Translations under genes and position numbers: made by a program
The notes under the pieces: generated by a model
The model's database searches: none
Told to the model about the DNA's origin: nothing
What the model saw: the letters and a program-made list of their open reading frames with translations, nothing else
Assembly (NCBI GenBank): GCA_002104945.1
Contig: MCFH01000019.1
Span: 793,074 to 857,073 of the forward strand
Length of the DNA: 64,000 nt
DNA from: Piromyces finnis finn
Lineage: Eukaryota; Fungi; Neocallimastigomycota
Reading direction: 5' to 3'
Shown here: positions 55,123-64,000 of the stretch, piece after piece
Position numbering within the stretch: the first letter of the stretch is position 1
Layout: the number at the start of each line of letters is the position of its first letter

Positions 55123-55256
55123 AAAAATAATAATGAAACAAAACTTTTAAAAATGAAATTAGTATTCATTTTATTGACAGGTTGGAAGAAAAAAAATAAT
55201 GAAACAAAGCTTGTAAAAATGAAAATGAATATTCATTTTATTGATAGGCTGGAAGA
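55123..55256. repeat. Diverged ~67-bp tandem duplication covering the last codons, stop and proximal 3' UTR of the deacetylase gene
   Basis: Copy 55190-55256 encodes LPAYQ*. Copy 55123-55189 reads LPTCQ* on the same strand, with a similar downstream sequence. Confidence 0.8.
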
Positions 55257-56272
55257 CCGAGGCATTTATCCATAGTAACTGGTTTATAACCTTTTTTCAA
55301 CATGTATTCAATTTCAGCTTTAGCTAATTTAAGTAATTTTATTTTAGTAATACCATTGTAATTGGCATGATTTAAGGATAAGGCGGCATGACCAACATTT
55401 CCTTTAAATTGTTCAAGAGCATAGTCAATATCACCTTCATTGTTCCAATCCATGGTATCAATATTCCAGGTGACGGCGGCAGAATAACCAAGATTTTTAA
55501 GAGTTTTTGCAAGTTTAACATTACCATTACCGGAACCATAAGGTGGACGTACAAAGGCTGGTTTTTTACCAATAACTTCTTCAATAAGAGAATCAAGATT
55601 GATCATTTCATCAACAACTTCATCTGTGGAAAGGGTGGTAAGGTCAACGTGAGACCAGGTGTGAGAAGCGATGACATGTCCTTCCTTATACATTCTTTTA
55701 ATAATTCTTTTAGCTTTTTGAGTTTCAATACCCATAGCAGAGGCACCGGTGATAAAGAAAGTGGCCTTGACTCTGTATAAGGAAAGTAAATCAAGTAAGG
55801 CATCATCATAAATATATGGTCCATCATCAAATGTCATTGCCCAATACTTGTCATTAACACAAGTGTTATAATAACTGAAACCTTCTACAGTAGCATCATC
55901 AATTGCACTTTGACCACAGGCACCAAATTCAGATTGACACCCATTTAAACAATAATCTTCACCCATTCCACACCAACCAACGGATGAACAACATTGTCCT
56001 TCTGGACAAATACCATGACCATGACCACATTGACCATTGGTAGTAATGGAAGAATCTATATCTTCGTCCCCTCTTTCATTACAAATACCAAATTCTGGGA
56101 GACAACCGGCGTCACAAAATGCGGAAGTTGTACCACACCATCCCCATTGTGAACAACAACTACCTTCTGGACATTGACCAAATTCTCCACCACAACGACC
56201 ACTTTCATCGGCTAAAACCGATTTTGAAGAAATTAAAGTAAGAATAGCTAAAGTAAAATTGATACACTTCAT
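55238..56272 (-). CDS. Secreted chitin/polysaccharide deacetylase (CE4) with two N-terminal CBM18 (hevein-like) domains, intronless
   Basis: Signal peptide, two CG...CP.G.CCS..GWCG....C...C....G.C modules, and CE4 motifs TFDDGP, HTWSH, RPPYG, DTMDW and LSLNH. Confidence 0.95.
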   Translation of the reverse strand: MKCINFTLAILTLISSKSVLADESGRCGGEFGQCPEGSCCSQWGWCGTTSAFCDAGCLPEFGICNERGDEDIDSSITTNGQCGHGHGICPEGQCCSSVGWCGMGEDYCLNGCQSEFGACGQSAIDDATVEGFSYYNTCVNDKYWAMTFDDGPYIYDDALLDLLSLYRVKATFFITGASAMGIETQKAKRIIKRMYKEGHVIASHTWSHVDLTTLSTDEVVDEMINLDSLIEEVIGKKPAFVRPPYGSGNGNVKLAKTLKNLGYSAAVTWNIDTMDWNNEGDIDYALEQFKGNVGHAALSLNHANYNGITKIKLLKLAKAEIEYMLKKGYKPVTMDKCLGLPAYQ

Positions 56273-57790
56273 TTTTTTTTCTTTCTTTCTATTGAATTAT
56301 TTTTTTGTCTTTAATTATTATTTGTTATAAAAATATTATATAAATATATATAATATAGAATTATTTTATTTTTTTTTTTTTTAAAATTTAAATAAATAAA
56401 TATATTTATTTAAAAAAAAAATTATCTATTTTTTCTTATAAAAATATTAATAATAATATTATTAATAATAAAAAAAAGTGTAAGGATACTTTTTTCTTAC
56501 TTTTATATATACGTATTTTTTTTAATATTTTTATCGTTTTACATTTATTCCTCGAAATTTATTATCAAATCATTTTCCCTTTAAAAATATCTATTTTTAT
56601 TAAGGATAAATGAAAAATTACATTAAAATTTAATTTGTAATAGGTTAATTTTAATTGTATTTTAAAAACTTTTTAATAAATATATATACTTTTTTATTAA
56701 GAAATAAAATTCATTTAGAAAAAAAGTTTTTAATGTAATCTCAGTACTTTCAATCATTTGTGACTTTTCATTAAAATACTAATTAATATATTTTTTATTT
56801 ATTTATTAAGATTTTTAATAAAAAAGATATATATTTAAAAATACTAACCTAAAGGATGATTTTTATAAAATTTTATAATATTTAATGTTGATTAAAAAAT
56901 AGGATTTACCAACTAAAATGAATAAGGAAATAAAGTAAAATGAAAAAATAAAATATTCATTTGAAACTATTAAAAAAAAATATAAAAAATATAAATAATT
57001 AAAGTAATTAATATAATGAATGGAATATTTTTATTAAAACAGTTTATTTTTTAATCTATCCTTTTACTTTTATAAAAAAAATTCTAATTTTTATATTATT
57101 ACCTTATAAAAAAAAAAAACTAAAAACCCAAATTCTATTAATTTAATAAAAAATAAAAAATAGTTTAATAAATAGTAAAAGGATTCTTCAACTATATTTA
57201 TAAATGAAACTGTGTGAAAATGAAGATTTATTAATAAAAAAAAAAAGTTAGAAAATAGGATAAAATGGGAAATTTTCAATGAATTAATAAATTTATTATG
57301 CTATTAAACTAATATTAAATTTAGTACTATACTAAACATATAATAATAATAGTTATTATGAAATATATAATTAATAAATTATTTTATTAATCTGGTTTTA
57401 GGAAAAGGTGAAAATAATTACATTAAAAAAAATTATAATTATATAATAAGATATGTTATGAAATTAATATATCTAGCTTTTTTTTTTTTTATACTATAGA
57501 GTAATTTCTTTTATCTAGTAGGATAATCCTAATAACTTTTTCTAAAATATCTATAGCGTTGTCATTTCCATAATATCTTTCATTACCAGATTTTCCCAGA
57601 AGATCTTTTGCTGCTGGTAATATTTTAATATTTATAATAATTATTTTATTAGGTGAAAATCATATATTATAAGAATTATCCTATCCTTTTTTTTTTTTTT
57701 AGCTTCTTCATTTCACCTTTATTAATTATTATATATTTACATATTTTACATATTTACGAAAAGTTTTATTTTTATAGTTTAAAATATATT

Positions 57791-58148
57791 GAAGTCAACA
57801 AGCAACGTAGTAACCCTTTACATAACGTAGTAACCCCAGTCAAAAAATGTACTGAAGTCAGCAAGCAACGTAGTAACCCTCTACATAATGTATTAACCCT
57901 CTACATAATGTATTAACCCTAGTCAAAAAATGTACTGAAGTCAGCAAGTAACGTAGTAACCCTTTACATAACGTAGTAACCCCAGTCAAAAAATGTACTG
58001 AAGTCAACATGCTACGTATTAACCCTCTACATAATGTATTAACCCTTTACATAATATATTAACCCCAGTCAAAAAATGTACTGAAGTCAACATGCTACGT
58101 ATTAACCCTCTACATAACGTATTAACCCTTTACATAACATAGTAAATT
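57791..58148. repeat. Higher-order minisatellite: alternating 63- and 83-bp units built from 20-bp TAACCC-containing subunits
   Basis: Units start with GAAGTC at 57791, 57854, 57937, 58000 and 58083 (lengths 63, 83, 63, 83, then partial). They contain 2 or 3 copies of a subunit like AACGTAGTAACCCTTTACAT plus a constant AGTCAAAAAATGTACT block. Confidence 0.92.
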
Positions 58149-59699
58149 GAAGTATATACATTTTATAAAAGATTTCATTTTTTTAAACTTTTTTATATAA
58201 ATTATTGGATTTTTTGAATATAAAAAAATTTTTTTACAATAAAAATAAAGAATTTAGATTTACTTCAATTAAATGTCTCTTAATATAAAATCTTTTTAAT
58301 AGTAATTTAGTAATATAAGACAACTATTTTAAATATTTATTAATGAAATAAGATAATTTGGTAGTTGTGATGGAACAACAAATAATGTAGATCCTACTGT
58401 TCCTAATCATAATAACATCATATGCTGGTCAACAATAATTAATAAAGATTAAACCAACAACCAAGTATGTCAATGCTGAAGAAACAGTAAGACAGGTCAT
58501 TAGGGCCAACACAGTACAACTCATAGAAATTTTAATTTTATCCCCTAACAAAATTTGATCTCTGACGATCATGCTAAACTTTCTTGTTAACTTTTCGACC
58601 TCCTCTCATTTTTACACTTTTGTAAATTATAATATTTAAATGTAATTCATGGCCTTCTTACTTTAATTAAAATGACTAAAATATATTATAACCATTTTCT
58701 ATTTATTTGCGTTTTGTGTTTAAATTATTTTTTAAATTTTGTTTTTAAATGAATGAATATGAACTATAATTTTAATTAGAATAATAAAGTTTAATAATAT
58801 TTTATTTTTTTTTTTTACTTTAAAAGCAGAAAATATTATTAAACTATTTTAATTCTAAGATTTTTCTATTGAAATAAAATAAATAAAGGGTTGAAATTAT
58901 AGAATCGTCTATTTTTTTTAATATTTATAAAATATTAACATTTAATAAATTGGTAATAATAATTAAATATTAATATTATTCATTTATAAATTGTACTAAT
59001 TTATTTTTTTTTAATGTTTAGAAATTAAGGGGGATGATTTCATTTTCATAGTTTCATAAAAAAAGAAATTTCTTTTTTTCTAAAATTTTAATAAAAAATT
59101 AATGGTCTGAATTCGTAAAATATACCAATAAAAATAAAGGATTAATTTAATTTAATAAATCTATGTTTTTTTAATATAAAAATTAAATATTCTTAATTAA
59201 AAAAAGGAAAATAATAATATTAAAAATCAATTATTTTAATTAATATTTATCCTAGATTTTTTGAAGGATTTAGTCAGGTCAGAGTTTCTGTTCGAGATAA
59301 ATATTAATTCCAACTAGACTTTATACAAGTGATTTTTAATGGAATAATACCTTTTTTTTTCTATAAAATTTAGAAAAAGACATATATAATTCATAAATTA
59401 TATAACTTAATAAATAATAATATTATATTATTATAATAATGATATAATGATATAATGATATAGAGTAACTAATTAAAGTTTTTTAATATCATTCATTCTG
59501 TATTAATAAAAAAAAAAGAATTCAATGTATTTCTAATATTTCTTCATTTTCTTTATTTTATAAGCATAATTAATACTTATTTAATACTTATTCAAGGGGA
59601 AAATAACAATACATAATAATAATTTTATAATATTGTTATATATATTAATTAATTTTGGTGTTACACCATTCTATATAAGTAGAAAAAAAAATTTTATAT

Positions 59700-60404
59700 T
59701 GTTACGGTTCGAGGAATTTACTTTTATTTATAAAATATTAATAAATTTATTAATACTCAAAAATAATATTAAAATGAAATAAGAAAAATTGTTTTATTAA
59801 TAAAATTGTTTTATTAAGATATTAATATAAAATTATAAAATAAAATAAAAATAAAAATAAAAATATCTGTATATTCTCTAATTCTTATAATATACACCTT
59901 TTTATACTTTTTGTAAAAAATTAAGTAGTGTTAATTAAAAGAATTAGTCTTTAATTATTTACATAATTTTAGTATTTAAATTACTTTTAAATGAATAATA
60001 AAATTACATTACTATTATAATAAATATTTATACATATTATTAAATTGATTAACATACATTAAAAGTTTACTTTAAATATATTTAACTAAAAAATTTTACT
60101 ATTTTACAGAAATATTATTCATAATTTTAATTAATAAAAATTCATTAACTTGATAAATTAAACTAAAAGTTCAATAAACTATAATTTTCAATATATTATT
60201 ATTACTAAATTAATTTTTAAGTTTAATAAAATAAAATTTAAGTTCAATAAAAATAATTATTAATAATTTTAAATATAATTTAAGTGTATACATTAATTTA
60301 CAAATAAGAATATTGTAAAGTTTTCATATATTTAGGAACAATAATGGATTAGGTCATAATCATTAATTATGACAAGAATAACATTATTTGTTGGTTCCTT
60401 AACA
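59700..60404 (-). mobile_element. Putative 3' LTR (~705 bp) of the Gypsy element
   Basis: On the minus strand it starts TGTTAAGG at 60404, just after a G-rich PPT-like CGTGGGGGCACT, and ends CCGTAACA at 59700. The termini are TG...CA with a 7/8 inverted match. The 5' LTR is outside the window, so the boundaries cannot be confirmed. Confidence 0.7.
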
Positions 60405-60427
60405 AGTGCCCCCACGAAGACTCTTGC

Positions 60428-63400
60428 TTACGCAAAAGCAGAGTTAAACTTTACAATATTCTTAAGATGAACATTTCGGTTCATCTGAATTCCAGTGGAT
60501 ATATCAGCTAAAGTAACAGTATTGAATTGTTTCTTGACAACTTTGAGTGGTCCAACGAAATAAGGCTCTAACTTCGTTCGATTAAAATTTCTAACTAATA
60601 CTAGATCACCGATATGGATATTTTTGCCCTTAGTCATACTTTGTTTTTCTTCCCTTCTAGTAGCCCAGTATTTATTCGCATTTTTAATATTTTCACAAGC
60701 TTCCAACGTCCACCTGTAATGATTAATAAACTTCTCAAGTAAGATTTCATCCGAAGACTGATTAATACCCTTAGTAGGTCTGGCGGCAATATCAAAGGGT
60801 TGCTGATCTTCTCTTCCATAAACCAATTCAAAACTAGAATGGTTTGTGACAGTATTTTTAGTAGTTCTGAGCGCCCAAAGAGCAGAAGGCAAAATTTCAT
60901 CCCAATCCTTGTTTTCTTTTCCAAGCAGTCTTAGAAGCTTTCCAATTTCTTTGTTTCTATTTTCAGTCAAACCATTACTTTCAGGATGATAAGTTGAGAC
61001 AAACTTGACATAGACATCATATAAGTCCAGGAAAACTTTGGTCATATCTGAGGTAAATTGGACACCGTTATCGGTTGTAATGACTTGTGGTACTCCATGC
61101 CGAGAGAAAACATTGATTAAAAATTTTATGACATCCTTTGAAGTGATATTTTCGGTGGGTTCTGCTTCGACCCATTTTGTGAAATGATCCACTGCAACTA
61201 TAATATATTGGTTATTGTTACGAGTTTTTACCAATGGACCAATGATATCTAAACCCAGATGAGTGAAAGGAGCTTCAACCTCAGTTGGAAGATTTTCCGT
61301 AGGTTCTGGATATGGTTGAGGGCGATTAAGTTGGCATTTTTCACATTTGGCTACAACTCTTCGAATATCATTAACCATGTCGTTCCAATAATAGCTTTTT
61401 CTCAGACGTTGATAAGTTTTATAATATCCTTCATGTCCAATGTTATGAGCTTCCAAAATCAATTTCAGCTTTTCATTGGTTTCCGTGATCAGTTTTCGAT
61501 AATTCCTTCCATCAATAAAGTAATCCACCCCATCTATTTTGGTGAACTTTTCTTCAACAAATTCTTTAATTACCTTAGATAGCATGGTTTCTTCTATACC
61601 TTTATTAATTTTAGTAGCTAACACTTCCTTATCTTTGTCATTTCTCATTCGAGACAGTGCATCTGCTACAACATTCTTTTTACCTTGTTCATAACGAATA
61701 TCAACTCCTAGCATACTAGCTGTTAAACACCATCTTGTTTGTCTTGCATTGTTTGGCTCCTTATTTTTAAATAATCCAATTAATGGTTTATGATCAGTAT
61801 AGACGATAGTCTTGAATGGACTTCCCATTATATAAGGCTTTAATTTAGTAATGCAGTAAAATAAGGCAGTCCCTTCCAAGTCAGTAATTCCATAATTTTT
61901 TTCTGCTTTCGTCAGACTTCGGCTAATATAATGAATTGGATGTTCAATATCTGTGCCTTCCTTTTGTAATAATACTCCTCCGATTCCTTCATACGATGCA
62001 TCTGTTCGGATTATAAATTCTTTCTCAAAATCAGGGAATTTCAGAATAGGCGCATTAATTAACTTTTCTTTCAATATAATAAAACTCTCTTGTTGTTCAT
62101 TACACCATTTGAAAGGAACACCTTTTCTAAGCAGCTTACACAAGGGAGCAGTAAGTTTAGCATAATTAGGAATAAAATCTCTATAATATCCAATTGAACC
62201 TAGGAATGATCTTAATTCATGGATATTCGAAGGAGGCTTCCAATTTTTTATAGCTTGGATTTTGTTATCTAATGGTTTAAGACCTTCTGTAGTTAAACGA
62301 TGGCCTAACACGTCAACTTCAGTTTGCATAAAATGACATTTTTCAATATTGATTTTTAGTTTGTTTTTCCGGAAAATTGCTAAAACTTGATTTATATGTT
62401 CAATATGTTCTTCAATACTCTTTGAATAGATCAGAATATCATCAATGAAGTTATAAACACACTTTCCAATTAACGGAAACAGAATCCGATTCATCTCCCT
62501 CTGAAATGTAGCGGGTGCTCCAGTGAGACCAAAAGGCATAACCTTGAATTGGTAATTTCCAAACTTAGTTGTAAAACTTGTCAATTCAACGCTTTCTTCA
62601 TCCATACGGATTTGATGATAGCCGGAATATAAGTCCATAGTAGTGAATATAGTTGCACCATGTAAACTATCAAATATCTCATCTATAAAAGGAATTGAAT
62701 AGGCATCCTTTTCAGACAAATCATTAACTCTTCGATAGTCCACGCACATTCTCCATTTCCCATTATGCTTCGGGACCAAAACCACCGGAGAAGACCATTC
62801 CGAGTACGATGGCTCAATTAGCTTTTTATTAATCAATTTAGACAATTCTTCCTTAAGTATATCAGATTTGAACTTGGCTAACCTATATGATCTTTGTTTA
62901 ATTGGCTTTGCTCCTGGCTTTAAATTAATCTTATGGGGAGTTAAATTCGAAGGTGTTAGTTCTTCAGAAGAAGTAGCAATAATTTCAATATTCTCTTCCA
63001 ATATCCGAACAATTTGTTCTCGATACTTTTCATTAAGAGTCTCAGTAAAATTTTTATTGTGAATATATTCTGAAGGTGGTAAACCTTCAATATTTTTCAA
63101 ATCACTTTTAAAATCTTCATCACCGACTCTACGTATCATACACATAATCTTTTCTTCATCATCATATTTGTTATTAATTGGAGCAATATCTTCAATAAAT
63201 CCATTTGAATTAAATCTGCAAAGACTATAGCGAAGTGGGTGGATAAATAAGTTGTTATCCATTTGGGTTTTCAAATTAATTAACATATCATAAAAGGGGT
63301 CTTCTTTATCCACCACTCTAAAATCAGCAGTGATTGTAAGATCATTTATCTGGACCGGTACTCTAATAATTATGCCTTCCGAATAGTCATCATTTTTAGT

Positions 63401-63745
63401 AGCTAAACGTATTCTTCCACAACTCAATCCAATAGATTCATATTGATGGGGAAGTTTATCTAAATATTTTTTTGTTATAATACTTAAGTTGCTACAGGAA
63501 TCAACTAATAATTTACCTGGTACCCCATCAACCGTTGCATCTACCATAGCGATATCTTCTTCTGATACTTCTTTACTTTTGCTTACATACGAATGATCTA
63601 CATTATTTACTAATACCGAAGTAGCATTAAAATTCTCCAGAGCTCCCACAATTTTTGTGTTGTTCTTTTCCAGTTTAAGACCTTGTGACACTTGCGTTCG
63701 TAACTTTGGAGCCGAGTTAAGTAATTGACCAAAGTAATATTGCAT
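60428..63745 (-). CDS. pol: Gypsy Pol polyprotein (protease, RT, RNase H, integrase), 1105-aa uninterrupted ORF
   Basis: Protease LLVDSCSNLSII. RT WRMCVDYRRVN, DLYSGYHQI, MPFGLTGAPATFQ, FIDD. RNase H TDASYEGIGGVL, TDHKPL, NVVADALSR. Integrase HNIGH...CEKC, LDIIG/TDNG/E, and a GPY/F-like PYFVGPL. Confidence 0.96.
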   Translation of the reverse strand: MQYYFGQLLNSAPKLRTQVSQGLKLEKNNTKIVGALENFNATSVLVNNVDHSYVSKSKEVSEEDIAMVDATVDGVPGKLLVDSCSNLSIITKKYLDKLPHQYESIGLSCGRIRLATKNDDYSEGIIIRVPVQINDLTITADFRVVDKEDPFYDMLINLKTQMDNNLFIHPLRYSLCRFNSNGFIEDIAPINNKYDDEEKIMCMIRRVGDEDFKSDLKNIEGLPPSEYIHNKNFTETLNEKYREQIVRILEENIEIIATSSEELTPSNLTPHKINLKPGAKPIKQRSYRLAKFKSDILKEELSKLINKKLIEPSYSEWSSPVVLVPKHNGKWRMCVDYRRVNDLSEKDAYSIPFIDEIFDSLHGATIFTTMDLYSGYHQIRMDEESVELTSFTTKFGNYQFKVMPFGLTGAPATFQREMNRILFPLIGKCVYNFIDDILIYSKSIEEHIEHINQVLAIFRKNKLKINIEKCHFMQTEVDVLGHRLTTEGLKPLDNKIQAIKNWKPPSNIHELRSFLGSIGYYRDFIPNYAKLTAPLCKLLRKGVPFKWCNEQQESFIILKEKLINAPILKFPDFEKEFIIRTDASYEGIGGVLLQKEGTDIEHPIHYISRSLTKAEKNYGITDLEGTALFYCITKLKPYIMGSPFKTIVYTDHKPLIGLFKNKEPNNARQTRWCLTASMLGVDIRYEQGKKNVVADALSRMRNDKDKEVLATKINKGIEETMLSKVIKEFVEEKFTKIDGVDYFIDGRNYRKLITETNEKLKLILEAHNIGHEGYYKTYQRLRKSYYWNDMVNDIRRVVAKCEKCQLNRPQPYPEPTENLPTEVEAPFTHLGLDIIGPLVKTRNNNQYIIVAVDHFTKWVEAEPTENITSKDVIKFLINVFSRHGVPQVITTDNGVQFTSDMTKVFLDLYDVYVKFVSTYHPESNGLTENRNKEIGKLLRLLGKENKDWDEILPSALWALRTTKNTVTNHSSFELVYGREDQQPFDIAARPTKGINQSSDEILLEKFINHYRWTLEACENIKNANKYWATRREEKQSMTKGKNIHIGDLVLVRNFNRTKLEPYFVGPLKVVKKQFNTVTLADISTGIQMNRNVHLKNIVKFNSAFA

Positions 63746-63999
63746 TTTGTTTCGTTAAGATCTTTAACTACATTATATTCTTCCGTATCTGCTATCATTT
63801 GAATATTTCTAGCAGTTTTCTTAACCTTCGATTCTGCAGGTTTTTCTTTCTTTTGCTTTTTCATTAATTTATTTAGAGTTGAATTAGAAGTAGATTTGGT
63901 TGATTCACTTGTGTTATCTTTCTCTACCACCTTAGCACCTTTCTTATCTGTAATTGCAGATAACATTTCTTCTTCATCATAGTCGATAATAATAGGATC
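63610..63999 (-). CDS. Upstream gag-side reading frame of the Gypsy element (partial), out of frame with pol by one nucleotide
   Basis: Open from the window edge (DPIIIDYDEEEMLSA...EEYNVVKDLNETKCNIT). It overlaps the pol frame by ~140 nt. Confidence 0.75.
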   Translation of the reverse strand, partial: DPIIIDYDEEEMLSAITDKKGAKVVEKDNTSESTKSTSNSTLNKLMKKQKKEKPAESKVKKTARNIQMIADTEEYNVVKDLNETKCNITLVNYLTRLQSYERKCHKVLNWKRTTQKLWELWRILMLLRY

Positions 64000-64000
64000 T

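Larger units (their letters stand above)
59700..64000 (-). mobile_element. Ty3/Gypsy LTR retrotransposon (3' part; continues off the right edge)
   Basis: Domain order PR-RT-RNase H-integrase, with a PPT and LTR-like terminus downstream of pol. No chromodomain is present. Confidence 0.95.

Noticed and set aside
57791-58148. CRISPR-like appearance of the repeat array, and ORF 57653-57916
   Set aside because: The intervening segments are repeats of each other rather than unique spacers, there are no cas genes, the context is eukaryotic, and the 83-bp unit breaks any reading frame.
60634-63062. ORFs overlapping pol in other frames or strands (60634, 61259, 61953, 62868)
   Set aside because: They are alternative-frame shadows of the pol ORF with no recognisable motifs.

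Overview
Extremely AT-rich, intron-rich eukaryotic DNA, most consistent with an anaerobic gut fungus (Neocallimastigomycota). The evidence is an intronless rumen-type GH5 endoglucanase, a CBM18-CE4 deacetylase, flagellar/centriolar genes and long AT-rich intergenic tracts. I reconstructed genes by hand from splice signals. In order: prolyl oligopeptidase (minus strand, runs off the left edge), MCM9 (+), TTC29 (+), a giant zuotin/DNAJC2 (-), MED10 (+), a DUF1771-Smr protein (-), a chromodomain SUV39/Clr4 H3K9 methyltransferase (-), GH5 endoglucanase (+), CCDC112 (-), a GCN4-like bZIP (-), a ~16 kb gene-poor tract, a 2xCBM18 chitin deacetylase (-), a higher-order minisatellite, and the 3' part of a nearly intact Ty3/Gypsy LTR retrotransposon (-, runs off the right edge). 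The strongest hidden signal is a U12-type AT-AC (minor spliceosome) intron in MCM9, with two further U12-like GT-AG donors. Other highlights are an unrecognised 6-Cys module on GH5 in place of a dockerin, a duplicated 40-aa motif inside a ~615-aa zuotin insertion, a CaaX-ending Smr nuclease, a lone uORF upstream of the GCN4-like gene, and a 146-bp-period repeat built from TAACCC-containing subunits. All family assignments are from motif recognition; no database searches were run.
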